Shown here one piece after another: positions 29,072-38,733 of a DNA stretch of 64,000 nt. The DNA is from Fidelibacterota bacterium. GTDB taxonomy: Bacteria > Fidelibacterota > Marinisomatia > Marinisomatales > TCS56. The position numbers and the translations under genes are program-made. Position 1 is the first letter of the stretch. Each line of letters begins with the position of its first letter. Under the pieces are notes generated by a model. The model did not search any database and was not told the DNA's origin. It was given only the letters and a program-made list of their open reading frames with translations. The stretch spans positions 1 through 64,000 of the forward strand of contig JBDRBK010000055.1 in assembly GCA_043822705.1 (NCBI GenBank). Reading direction: 5' to 3'.

Positions 29072-30874
29072 TCAGTCCCGCGAGACCTCCAGCGGTTCGA
29101 CGATCATCAGCCCCCGGAATTCCTCACGATCCAGATAGGGATACATATCCTCCAAGGGCCGGGCGAAGCCGGTGCCATCGGGACGTCGCACAAATCCCTG
29201 CCGGGGGATCAATTCCTGGCGGGGATCGATCATGATTTCGCAGATGGCCGGACCCGGCTGGTCCAGCGTCCAGCGGATTTTTTCCTGTAACTCGGCCTGC
29301 GATGCTACCCTGGTCGCGGGAATTTCATAGGCTGCCGCCACTTTCTGATAATCGGGCAGACTCATGCCGCCGGCAGTTGCGGAGCCGGCAAAATTGCCCT
29401 CCAGGAATTCGGCCTGGGTGTGGCGGATCGACAGGTAACCGTCGTTATTGAAGACAAATATTTTCACTAGCAGATTATGATGACGAATGGTCTGCAATTC
29501 CTGAATATTGAACTGGAAGCTGCCATCGCCCATCATGCAGATTGTGCGACCACCGGTGGAAGCAAAAGTAGCGCCCACACTTTCCGGCAGACCGCTGCCC
29601 ATGGCGCCGATTCCTCCGGAATAGAGAATCCGCTGGCCGGCTTTCATTTTCAGCGCCTGAAATGTAGTGTAGACCACTGTGCCGCCACCATCTACTACAA
29701 CGGTATCAGCGGCGGTGAGCTGGGCGTCCAGCGCTTGCAGGAATACGTACTGGTTGACCGGTCCCGACCGCTCAATCCACTCGGCCGGATAAGCATTGTA
29801 TTTCCGGTAAACGCGACATTGTTCCAACCAATCGTCACTAAGGCCGGAAATTAAATCGCTTTCTGTGATCTTTCTTAAAAAATCCCCGGCGTCGGCGGCA
29901 ATTCCCAGATCGACACGCACCGTCGGGTGAGCCAGTTCATTGTGGTCGATATCCACCACAATCCGTTTAGCCTCCCGGGCAAAATAGTCAAAATTGGTGC
30001 CGGTGAGCGGCACGCTCAGGTGCGAGCCAATCGCCAGCAGCAGGTCACAATTCTGTACCGCCAGGTTGGCGCCGCGCTGCCCGGCCAGTCCGCAACGACC
30101 AACATAGCCGGGATGATCGGTGGGCAGCAGATCGCAGGCGGCCCAACTGGATACGAATGGCACCTGCAATTCATCCACAAGTTGTGAGAATTCTTTTTCC
30201 GCACTGGCCAGCCGAATGCCGTAACCGGCCAGAATCAGCGGTCTTTTTGCAGCGGCCAGCAGGTCCCGGCATTCATTCACTAACCCGGTCAGATCGATCT
30301 CTCCGACAACTGCAAATTCACTGTCCGGATCGAAGCCGGTCATGGTTTCGGGATCGACCTCCGCCCATTGCAGGTCCAACGGAATATCCAGCCAGACCGG
30401 TCCCGGTCGCCCGGCGGTAGCCAGGAAGGCCGCTTTTTCCAGATGATAACGAATCGAGTCGGCACGCTCCACCAGGGCGGCGTAATTGGTTACCGGTTCC
30501 ACCAGCGCCAGAATGTCCAGTTCCTGCGAACCGACCTGCCGAACCGGTTTGCCACGCGAGGTGTGGGCCAGCCGGGTCTGACCGGAAATGTAGAAGCAGG
30601 GAACCGAATCCTGCCAGGCGCCGATGACGCCGGTCAGGGCGTTGGTACCGCCGGGACCGGTAGTGACGATACAGGCGCCGGGACTATTCCTGATTTTGGC
30701 ATAGGCCGGCGCCGCCAGTGCGGCAGCCTGTTCGTGGTGACAGAAAACCGGTTTCAGACCGGGATGTTTGGCGGCCGAGTCAAAGAAATGGACCACGGCG
30801 CCGCCGGTGAGCCCGAAAACAGTGTCTACACCCTGCCGGGTCAGAAAATCGATGATAAAATCAGTCAGTTTCAT
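29072..30874 (-). CDS. ThDP-dependent enzyme, acetolactate-synthase-like (YerE-type context)
   Basis: HHEQAA, TTGPGGTN, GRPGPVWLDIPLD, GDGSFQFNIQEL...NN; no small subunit gene nearby. Confidence 0.88.
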   Translation of the reverse strand: MKLTDFIIDFLTRQGVDTVFGLTGGAVVHFFDSAAKHPGLKPVFCHHEQAAALAAPAYAKIRNSPGACIVTTGPGGTNALTGVIGAWQDSVPCFYISGQTRLAHTSRGKPVRQVGSQELDILALVEPVTNYAALVERADSIRYHLEKAAFLATAGRPGPVWLDIPLDLQWAEVDPETMTGFDPDSEFAVVGEIDLTGLVNECRDLLAAAKRPLILAGYGIRLASAEKEFSQLVDELQVPFVSSWAACDLLPTDHPGYVGRCGLAGQRGANLAVQNCDLLLAIGSHLSVPLTGTNFDYFAREAKRIVVDIDHNELAHPTVRVDLGIAADAGDFLRKITESDLISGLSDDWLEQCRVYRKYNAYPAEWIERSGPVNQYVFLQALDAQLTAADTVVVDGGGTVVYTTFQALKMKAGQRILYSGGIGAMGSGLPESVGATFASTGGRTICMMGDGSFQFNIQELQTIRHHNLLVKIFVFNNDGYLSIRHTQAEFLEGNFAGSATAGGMSLPDYQKVAAAYEIPATRVASQAELQEKIRWTLDQPGPAICEIMIDPRQELIPRQGFVRRPDGTGFARPLEDMYPYLDREEFRGLMIVEPLEVSRD

Positions 30875-30894
30875 AATTTTACCTTTTATCACCA

Positions 30895-30949
30895 TTCGAC
30901 AAGCTCAGGGTGACAATCCAAATATTACTGTCATGGTGAGCTTGTCGAA
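30895..30949. repeat. REP-like palindromic element
   Basis: TTCGACAAGCTCAGGGTGACA (30895-30915) and TGTCATGGTGAGCTTGTCGAA (30929-30949): 21-bp inverted arms with 3 mismatches. Confidence 0.8.
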
Positions 30950-31018
30950 CCATGATTGGCCCAGTTGTATCATTCTTTGACGGGCTCATTGTGACATTTG
31001 TTTTATTGCTCACCAGCA

Positions 31019-31804
31019 TCACTGCCAGGGAAAATGAAAATAGTGCTTGGCCTGACCGCCGTCCACCGGCACGATGGCGCCCTGGCAGAAAGAAGCCTGT
31101 TCCGAGCACAACAGCGCCACCATGGGACTGATCTCATCAGGCGTGCCGAAACGTTTCAGGACGGTACGTTCCTGCAGGTATTTTTCAGCGTGTTCGGGAC
31201 GGGTTTTAATTACTTCCGCCCAGTGTCCGCGTTCGGTGAACACCACGCCCGGTTGCAGGGCCGACATGACGATCCCGCTTTCAGCCAGGACCCGCCCCAT
31301 ACTGCGGGAGTAGGCTGTGAGGGCGGCCTTGATCGAGCAGTAGGTCACGGGACCGTTATTCTCCATGGCCGAACCGGCGGAGATATTGACAATCCGCCCC
31401 CAACCCTGGGCGCGCATATGGGGAATCAGCAGGTTATTAAGCTCCACATGAACTTCGAGATTCATGCGGAACACTTTACGCCAGTCCGTAATCGGGCACT
31501 CCGGATCGGTAATGTCAAGGGTGCTGCCGACGTTGTTCACCAAGATGTCGATCTGGCCGAATTCTCGCCAGATTTCCTCCGCCAGACACCGGGAACCATC
31601 GTCTTCCAGCTGGTCAATTTTCACGGCATAATGCCCACTTCCGGGACCGCCAACTTCAGCCAGCAGGGCATCCAGATCATCCTGTCGCCGCGATGTGAAG
31701 GCCACCAGGACGCCTTCCTTGATCAGTTCCAATACAATCGCTTTACCGATTCCGGTGGCGCCGCCGGTCACCAGGGCGCGTTTTCCTTTGATTCCCAGTT
31801 CCAT
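31019..31804 (-). CDS. Classical SDR oxidoreductase
   Basis: TGGATGIG, DILVNNVG, YCSIK, VDGG. Confidence 0.9.
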   Translation of the reverse strand: MELGIKGKRALVTGGATGIGKAIVLELIKEGVLVAFTSRRQDDLDALLAEVGGPGSGHYAVKIDQLEDDGSRCLAEEIWREFGQIDILVNNVGSTLDITDPECPITDWRKVFRMNLEVHVELNNLLIPHMRAQGWGRIVNISAGSAMENNGPVTYCSIKAALTAYSRSMGRVLAESGIVMSALQPGVVFTERGHWAEVIKTRPEHAEKYLQERTVLKRFGTPDEISPMVALLCSEQASFCQGAIVPVDGGQAKHYFHFPWQ

Positions 31805-31823
31805 AATCTACTCCATGCAAAAA

Positions 31824-33041
31824 TCAGATCGTGTTCAAAGGCACAATAACATGTTTGGGGCGCAGTTTGAACAGGTTGGGCAGCATCGCCCGCACATTGT
31901 TCAGGGAGGCCACCGCCGTTAACAGGAACACCGCCTCGCGCTCGTTTGCGATCGCCGCCCGCCCCCGGATCGGTACCGGCAGGTTCAGATAGTACAAACC
32001 ATCCTTGCGGGGATCGTCATCGACGATGCATTCCAGCCCGGACAGATCGTTTTCCAGATAGTAACTCAGTACCGGCAGCATCAGGGCCGCCCCGTAGCCG
32101 TAAATTTTCTCGTCTGCGAAATATTTCAGACGGGCATTGACCGCGGCCATTCCCTGTTTAAAAACCTGGTAGCGCCGGGCAATTTCTGCCGGCGTTATTT
32201 GCCAGATGTCGTTGTCAAAGCGGCCACGGTACCGGCCTTTTCGGAACGCCACCAGCAGGGCGCCCCAGTGCTCGAAATTGAAGGTGTAATCAATCAATTC
32301 GCAACCCAGTTCATTCAGCAGGTGTATCACCGACTGCAGGGTGAAATAATTCAGGTGCTGGTGGAAAATCTGGTCGAAACGCAAATCCTTGAGCGTCGAT
32401 TCCAGGCAGGGGAACTGAAAATAAAACAGGGTATCGTCCGCGGCCCGGTCCACCAGGCGACGGGTAAAATTTTTGGGATCGGCCACATGCTCCAGCGTAT
32501 CCTTGCAGATCAGCAGGTCAAAATTCCGCTCCAGTTCCACATTCTCAAAAAAGTCACCGATGACGGTCAGGTTGGTACCTGCCAGGTCGTCATCAAAATC
32601 CTTGAGAATCGGATCGATACCGGTCAGATGATCGGCATGGCCCTGCAATTCCTTGAGCAGGTACAGGTCGTTGCAACCCACTTCCAGGATGTGCCGGAAA
32701 TGGCGGTCGCCGCTGGTGCGTTTCATGAAATCGCGAAAGAACTGCGCCGACGAACGGCCGGTGGCCGACTCGCTGGTGCGGAAAAAATAGGAGAATGTTT
32801 CGCCGTATTGCAGTCCCACATCGATCACGTTGCGTAATTGGGCGTGGCCGCAGGCAGGACAAAAATCAAGACCCTGATCGGCCCGACCCACCGGTTCATT
32901 CACTTTTTCGGCTACATAAATCTCGGTCATCGGCAACCGGGGCAGGTCGATCGCCGAAGGTTGTGAAGCCTGTCCGCAGATCATACAATTATCCCGCTTT
33001 GCAAATGCTACCGTACGGTATCTGGAAATATCTATCTTCAT
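31824..33041 (-). CDS. NDP-sugar C-methyltransferase-like protein
   Basis: Zn ligands CMIC/CPAC, LEVGCND, IFHQHLNYF, YGYGAA, VDDDPRKDG. Confidence 0.8.
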   Translation of the reverse strand: MKIDISRYRTVAFAKRDNCMICGQASQPSAIDLPRLPMTEIYVAEKVNEPVGRADQGLDFCPACGHAQLRNVIDVGLQYGETFSYFFRTSESATGRSSAQFFRDFMKRTSGDRHFRHILEVGCNDLYLLKELQGHADHLTGIDPILKDFDDDLAGTNLTVIGDFFENVELERNFDLLICKDTLEHVADPKNFTRRLVDRAADDTLFYFQFPCLESTLKDLRFDQIFHQHLNYFTLQSVIHLLNELGCELIDYTFNFEHWGALLVAFRKGRYRGRFDNDIWQITPAEIARRYQVFKQGMAAVNARLKYFADEKIYGYGAALMLPVLSYYLENDLSGLECIVDDDPRKDGLYYLNLPVPIRGRAAIANEREAVFLLTAVASLNNVRAMLPNLFKLRPKHVIVPLNTI

Positions 33042-33053
33042 ATTTTTCTCTGT

Positions 33054-33833
33054 TTAATAACCAGGCTGCAGTGACAACTGTTGTAATGATTGGATCATGT
33101 GACAGGGTTGCTGCATAAAATCACTGCGGCTGCCCAACCCGGTGAGCACGCCGATATTGCAGGGAATGGAGGCCCGGATGCCCATCTCAATATCCACCGG
33201 ATGATCGCCGATCGAGGCCGTCTTCCAGGCCGGAACATCACAAATCTGCATTGCCAGGCGGGCGGGATCAGCAGCCGGTTTGCCGTTCTCTACCTGATCG
33301 CCGCCGATTACGGCGGTGAAATAATGATCGATCCTCAGCGCCTGCAATGCCAGTTGAATTCGCTCCCGCTTGTCCGCCGAAACCAGCGCCACCTGCACCT
33401 GGTTTTGCCGACAAGTGTGCAGAAATTCTACCACACCGGGCAGTAGTCGCAGCAGCGGTTCCGGATCGACCGCCGTCACCCGGTCGACTTGTTGAAACAG
33501 GTCTTCCACCGCCGCGGCGTCAATTTTCACGCCATTATCAGTGATTATTCGCCGGGCCACATCGACAATAAAACGTCGCGGCATAACGCCCACCGGTCCG
33601 TCCGACTTCATGCGACCGTTGATCTGATCGAATCCCAGGGCGTCGATTAATGCATTGCCGACCTTTTCCCCGATTGGCTGGCCGGCGAATAACTGGTCGA
33701 CAATCGTGGCGGCCCGCCGCCGGATCATCGAGCCCCAGTAATGATGGATGTCGATCAGAGTGCCGTCCTTGTCCAGCAGGATCAGCTCCACACCCTGCAA
33801 AACCACCTGTCTGTTGGCCAGTAAATCAATCAT
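33054..33833 (-). CDS. HAD-superfamily phosphatase
   Basis: LDKDGTL, GKPAAD, IGDHPVD. Confidence 0.88.
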   Translation of the reverse strand: MIDLLANRQVVLQGVELILLDKDGTLIDIHHYWGSMIRRRAATIVDQLFAGQPIGEKVGNALIDALGFDQINGRMKSDGPVGVMPRRFIVDVARRIITDNGVKIDAAAVEDLFQQVDRVTAVDPEPLLRLLPGVVEFLHTCRQNQVQVALVSADKRERIQLALQALRIDHYFTAVIGGDQVENGKPAADPARLAMQICDVPAWKTASIGDHPVDIEMGIRASIPCNIGVLTGLGSRSDFMQQPCHMIQSLQQLSLQPGY

Positions 33834-34848
33834 GCTTCAGATTCCTGCGGATTAAATCACGGGCGATTACCACGGCTTCACCGATCTGCTGGGGATCATT
33901 TTCGAATCCCGGCTGATGGATAAAATCTTTGACGATTTTGCGGGCATGAGTACCGATGCTGACACCATGGAAAGGCACCGCACACTGGCGGGCCAGGTCA
34001 CCGGTAAAACCATTGGTACCGCCGGAGAGCAGAGTCGGGATATGGCGATAGCGTTTATCTTTTAACAGTAATTCTTTATTGATGATATCAGCGATCGCGA
34101 TCGCCTGCAACGTGGTGTTGAAATCATTGCTGCCGCCGCTCATGGGGACGCCGTCGGCCTGGATCATCAAACGCTCACCTGCCACCGCATAGGCCTGGCG
34201 TATCCGCTCAATCAGCTGCACGTTGGATAAATGATAACGATCGAGACAGAGTGAAACGAAATTATCCGGTTGGGCCGCCGCGACGATTTCCCATTCCTGC
34301 ATAATCGTATCGTTATCGGGAACGGCGGCGTGCAACTCAATATTCTCGGCCCCGGCAGCCAGGCATTCCGGCAGGATTTCGGCCAGTTCGCACTGATTGT
34401 GTTCATAACTGATAGCCGCTACCTTGGGCGGACAGACCGCCTCACAATTACCGCAGCCGATGCACAGGTCGCGAATCACCGTCAGTTCCGCCGGGATCGC
34501 GGCGGTGGGACAGACCGGAATGCAGCGGTTGCAGCCGACGCAGGCGTCGGTGATGATTGCCTTGCGAACGTGGTGATCGCCCCTCATTCCCACACTGACC
34601 TTGATGAACGGTCGCAACGGGATGGCGACCGTATAGCTGTCCGCCAACTCATAGGCCCGATCGATTCCGGCAACACCGGCCCGGACAATTTCCGGGCTGG
34701 CGGACACGTCGAACCCGGTGGCGCCGGCCAGGGTGTAAACCAGGGTTAATTTATAGACATCGTCAGAGTTCTCATTGCCGGCACCGCAGACCAGTTTGAA
34801 ATAGCGGCCCTCGTCGAGCAACTGGCGCAATTGTTCAAAACGGGTCAT
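33826..34848 (-). CDS. ldpA: LdpA-family 2x[4Fe-4S] protein
   Basis: FKLVCGAG, CVGCNRCIPVCP, CIGCGNCEAVCP, IELH, QADGVPMSGG...TT, LSGGTN. Confidence 0.75.
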   Translation of the reverse strand: MTRFEQLRQLLDEGRYFKLVCGAGNENSDDVYKLTLVYTLAGATGFDVSASPEIVRAGVAGIDRAYELADSYTVAIPLRPFIKVSVGMRGDHHVRKAIITDACVGCNRCIPVCPTAAIPAELTVIRDLCIGCGNCEAVCPPKVAAISYEHNQCELAEILPECLAAGAENIELHAAVPDNDTIMQEWEIVAAAQPDNFVSLCLDRYHLSNVQLIERIRQAYAVAGERLMIQADGVPMSGGSNDFNTTLQAIAIADIINKELLLKDKRYRHIPTLLSGGTNGFTGDLARQCAVPFHGVSIGTHARKIVKDFIHQPGFENDPQQIGEAVVIARDLIRRNLKHD

Positions 34849-36599
34849 ACCTGTGGCCCGACGGAGATGAAATTGGTAATGCTTTCGTAGTACAACCGAT
34901 GGGTGGTGGGCGTAATGATGATCAGATCATTCATTTCATTGGCCACCAGATAATCGTTGATCTGCTTCAGGGACGCCTCCACGTAGTTGTGCCACTCCAT
35001 CTGCTCCCGGTAGGTCCCTGAGCGACTGGAAATCCCGGCCTTGTCACCCGCGTTCACGTCGTCTGCGGAATCACCCAGCCCGGCATTGAAGAACGTCTCG
35101 AAATCCTTATAGCCGTCCATCCCGGCGATGAACACGCGCCGGGCACCCATCGCCAGGGCAGCGGCAATCGACAGGATCGGAATCGCCCGGTAATCGCCAC
35201 CAATGATTCCATCAGTCAGACTGAATTCAGCCATCGGCCCGGCGCCATGCTGAATCAGTTCATAGCTGCGGTCGGTGTGCCGGCGGATATAATCATACTC
35301 AAAACCGTTACAGAGCAGCAGACCGGAATCGGGGTGCACGCTGGTAACATGTTGCTCAAACAAACGGCGATTGTTAAAGGAATGATAGTGCGGCACGAAC
35401 AGGTCACCCAGATAATTGGACCCGATTACTACGGGCTGGTATTGTTCGATGAACCGTTGAATATCCATCCGGCATGTGGCCAGCGAGGAACCATTCGCCA
35501 GAATCAGAAAGTCGCTGCCCTGGTAGCGGTCCGTATAGTCGGGCTTGATCGGTATCACCGGCGCCCGGTCGTCTTCCTCTGCATGGCCGGTATCGGATTG
35601 ACGCCCGACGAAACCGGTCTGGACGATCTGCGGCACGATATTCTTGTCAAAGCCCACCGGGTTCATGCACTGGATCAACTGCAGCACCGACTGGATTTCA
35701 TCAATGGTGAATTCGCCACTATCGGTGAGCGCCTTGGCGTAGTTGGGATGAACCTCGTAGACGCCGGAAATCATATAAGGCAGGTTGTAACCCCAGGAAA
35801 AACGGGCTTTCAATTCCAGATACCAGCGCTGGATCAGATCGAGGACCGGCAGCATGTTGTAGCGGTTCTCGTCGATAGTCTTCTGAAAATAGGCAATCAG
35901 TGTTTCCAGTGGCAGGTTGCCGGCACCGCGGCCCATACCGAATACCGTACCGTCAACGATATCGATTTCCGCGGCGATGGCCGCCAATGAATTGGAAAAA
36001 GCCAGTTGCATATTGTTGTGGGGATGGAAGCCTAGTGGCTTGTCCACCGCTCGCAGAATATCGCAGTATTTGTAGATATCCTGGGGCAGCAACGAACCGT
36101 AACTGTCAGCAAAATAGACGTAGGTCAGTTGAGATTCTTTCAACGGCGTCAGAATCTGCTGGAAATCGGCAGCGGTATAGCCGACGATGCCCATCAGTTG
36201 AATAGCGGTCTCATAACCCTTGGCCGCCACCTGGTTGGCAAAATCGATGGCTTCGACCAGCCTGGTTTTGTGACTGGCGATCCGGTACAGCCGGACTGGC
36301 GATTCGGCCGCCGGTGGAATGTCCTCGATATCGGCCTTACCGTAGTCAACCATCAACGCCAGCGGCGCACCGGCCACATTGGACACGATGTCATTCACCA
36401 GGTTTTCCGGCGTGAAGCGCCACAGACCCACCCGAGCGGGATCGAAATATTTTGCCGTACTGCGAAAGCCGATCTCGATATAATCCACCCCGGTCTTGGA
36501 GACCGAGCGGTAGGTGTCCTTCACCAGTTCCCGGGAAAAATCCCAGTTGTTCAGATAGCCCCCGTCGCGGATTGTGCAATCCAGAATTTTTGTTTTCAT
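34845..36599 (-). CDS. DRE-TIM aldolase (4-hydroxy-2-oxovalerate aldolase-like) fused to a Maf/MptE-like Rossmann domain
   Basis: LDCTIRDGGY, YFADSYG, GFHPHNN, GMGRGAGN; C-terminal ILANGSSL...ALAMGARRVFIAGMDGY. Confidence 0.78.
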   Translation of the reverse strand: MKTKILDCTIRDGGYLNNWDFSRELVKDTYRSVSKTGVDYIEIGFRSTAKYFDPARVGLWRFTPENLVNDIVSNVAGAPLALMVDYGKADIEDIPPAAESPVRLYRIASHKTRLVEAIDFANQVAAKGYETAIQLMGIVGYTAADFQQILTPLKESQLTYVYFADSYGSLLPQDIYKYCDILRAVDKPLGFHPHNNMQLAFSNSLAAIAAEIDIVDGTVFGMGRGAGNLPLETLIAYFQKTIDENRYNMLPVLDLIQRWYLELKARFSWGYNLPYMISGVYEVHPNYAKALTDSGEFTIDEIQSVLQLIQCMNPVGFDKNIVPQIVQTGFVGRQSDTGHAEEDDRAPVIPIKPDYTDRYQGSDFLILANGSSLATCRMDIQRFIEQYQPVVIGSNYLGDLFVPHYHSFNNRRLFEQHVTSVHPDSGLLLCNGFEYDYIRRHTDRSYELIQHGAGPMAEFSLTDGIIGGDYRAIPILSIAAALAMGARRVFIAGMDGYKDFETFFNAGLGDSADDVNAGDKAGISSRSGTYREQMEWHNYVEASLKQINDYLVANEMNDLIIITPTTHRLYYESITNFISVGPQV

Positions 36600-36614
36600 G
36601 GTAATTCCAGACGG

Positions 36615-37658
36615 TTAATCATGTTCCAGTTTGACGATCGCCCGGCCGACCCGACCCTGCTCCAGTTCAGTGAAGGCGGCATTAATCTCAGACAAAGTAA
36701 ACTCATGGGTGATTAAGCGTTCCAGCGGCAGGTCCGCGGACAGGTATAATTCCACATATGCAGGGATATCGCGATCGGGATCGCTGGCGCCGCCCCAACT
36801 GCCGTAGATCCGCTTGCCTTTGATCAGGTCGAAGGGATCGAGACAGATTTTTTCACCGGCGGCGGGATTGCCGGCGATGATGCACTGGCCACTGTTCTTG
36901 ATCGACGCAAAGGCCGCCTCCATCACGGTAGTGCTGCCCGTGGCCTCAATTGCAAAATCGACGCCACCGGGAACGACAGCATGAATTTCCGCTGCTGCGC
37001 TGGTCGTTTTACCGTTGATGACATGGGTGGCACCCAGGGACCGGGCCTGTTCCAGCTTGTGATCGAAGACATCGACGGCTATGATCGGACCGGCACCCAG
37101 GGCGGCAGCGGTCATGATGGCGCTCAGACCGATCCCGCCGGCGCCGAATACCGCCAGACTATTGCCCGGTCCGACCTGCAAAGAATTTCGGACGATACCC
37201 ACCCCGGTGGGAATGGCGCAACCCAGCAGGGCGGCCTCCCGCAAAGGCATGCCGGCCGGAATCACCACCAGCCGGTTTTCCGAAATCACGGCATTGGTCA
37301 AAAAAGTTGAGATTGCCCCGGAATTGACTTTTGCGCCACGGTAAAAATATTGGGCTGACGGCACATCGGCACCGCTGCCTTTCAGCCAGGTACAAACCAC
37401 CCGATCGCCGGGAGCGACTTTAGCTACCTGGGCACCGGTGGCCACCACCCGGCCCGAACCTTCGTGTCCCAGGGTGTGGGGCAGGAATTTATCCGGACCT
37501 TTTTTGCCGCGGATTTCATTGAGCTGGGTATGGCAGATGCCGCTGTAGGCCATCTCCACCAGGACCTGTCCCGGGTGCAAATCCGGCAGGTCCAATTCCA
37601 GTATCTGTAACGGTTGGTTCAATTCGGTCAGCACGGCGGCAGTGGTTTTCATTGTCAT
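36615..37658 (-). CDS. Zinc-binding medium-chain alcohol dehydrogenase
   Basis: GICHTQ, GHEGSG, LLGCAIPTG, GAGGIG; no structural-Zn Cys cluster. Confidence 0.9.
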   Translation of the reverse strand: MTMKTTAAVLTELNQPLQILELDLPDLHPGQVLVEMAYSGICHTQLNEIRGKKGPDKFLPHTLGHEGSGRVVATGAQVAKVAPGDRVVCTWLKGSGADVPSAQYFYRGAKVNSGAISTFLTNAVISENRLVVIPAGMPLREAALLGCAIPTGVGIVRNSLQVGPGNSLAVFGAGGIGLSAIMTAAALGAGPIIAVDVFDHKLEQARSLGATHVINGKTTSAAAEIHAVVPGGVDFAIEATGSTTVMEAAFASIKNSGQCIIAGNPAAGEKICLDPFDLIKGKRIYGSWGGASDPDRDIPAYVELYLSADLPLERLITHEFTLSEINAAFTELEQGRVGRAIVKLEHD

Positions 37659-37674
37659 TGTCTGATTCTCAACA

Positions 37675-38733
37675 TTAAAAAGGTCCCTTGAACCAGTCCC
37701 CCGGCACATCGTGGGGCACGTCGCCGCGGTCGATCAATTCGCTGCCCGTCAGGTTTCGCTGCAGCATGGCGGCGGCGGTGTCGATAATATCCTCCGCCCG
37801 TTTATAGAAACCCTTGGTCAGAGCGGGACTGGTGGGGGTGGGGAAGTCCGGCAAAGCCAGCAGCCACGGAGCCTGTTTCAAATCGTCGAAACAATCACGG
37901 CTGACCCGGGATATTATTTCACTGGCGATCGATCCGAAGGCCACCCCGGTGTCCACCGCCAGCAGCCGACCGGTCCGGTGCACCGATTCGAAGATCGGCT
38001 GCCAGTTCAGCGGTTTGATCGTCCGCAGGTCGATCAGGTCGCATCCGATGCCGTTTTCGGCCAGAATTCGTACGGCATGGAGCGCTTCCACCGACATGTA
38101 GGACATGGATACGATCGTCAGGTCAGCACCACTGCTGAGCAGCGCCGGCTGGCCCAGCGGCAACCGGAAATCGCCTTCCGGCACTGCACCCACCTGATTA
38201 TGAAGCCAGCGGTGTTCCAGAAATATCACCGGGTTGTCATCGAAAATGCTGGACAGCAGCAGACCTTTGGCATCGGCAGCGGTGGAGGGCATCACCACTT
38301 TCAATCCCGGAATATGGGCGAATAACGCCTGTAAATTCTGTGAATGCGTCGGACCCTGCCCCCAGCCCCGCCCCAGCAGCAGGCGAATCGTGATCGGGAT
38401 GGCCGTCTGGCCATCGAACATGTAATGCCATTTGGCAGCGTTGTTAATCAACTGATCCAGGGCCAGCAGGAAGAAATCCAGGCGCTGGTGGGTCATTACC
38501 GGGCGTATACCGTTCATGGCGGCGCCGATGGCGACGCCGGTCAGGGCGTTTTCAGCGGTGGGCATATCGAACACCCGTTCCACCCCGAATTTTTCCTGCA
38601 AACCGACAGTGGTGCCGAATACCCCCCGGGGGTCGGGCACGCCCAGACCGTAACAGATCACATTCGGATCGTCGGTCATGGCCTGTTGCAGCGCTTCGTT
38701 AATCGCCTGGGCGTAAGTGATCTGCCGGTTCAT
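37675..38733 (-). CDS. 2-oxoacid dehydrogenase E1 beta-like subunit
   Basis: RVFDMPTAEN, GPTHSQ, PGLKVVMPS, PVIFLEH, IDLRTIKP. Confidence 0.9.
   Translation of the reverse strand: MNRQITYAQAINEALQQAMTDDPNVICYGLGVPDPRGVFGTTVGLQEKFGVERVFDMPTAENALTGVAIGAAMNGIRPVMTHQRLDFFLLALDQLINNAAKWHYMFDGQTAIPITIRLLLGRGWGQGPTHSQNLQALFAHIPGLKVVMPSTAADAKGLLLSSIFDDNPVIFLEHRWLHNQVGAVPEGDFRLPLGQPALLSSGADLTIVSMSYMSVEALHAVRILAENGIGCDLIDLRTIKPLNWQPIFESVHRTGRLLAVDTGVAFGSIASEIISRVSRDCFDDLKQAPWLLALPDFPTPTSPALTKGFYKRAEDIIDTAAAMLQRNLTGSELIDRGDVPHDVPGDWFKGPF

Noticed and set aside
29072..30874. ilvB of branched-chain amino-acid synthesis
   Set aside because: No ilvN/ilvC/leu neighbours; context is glycan biosynthesis
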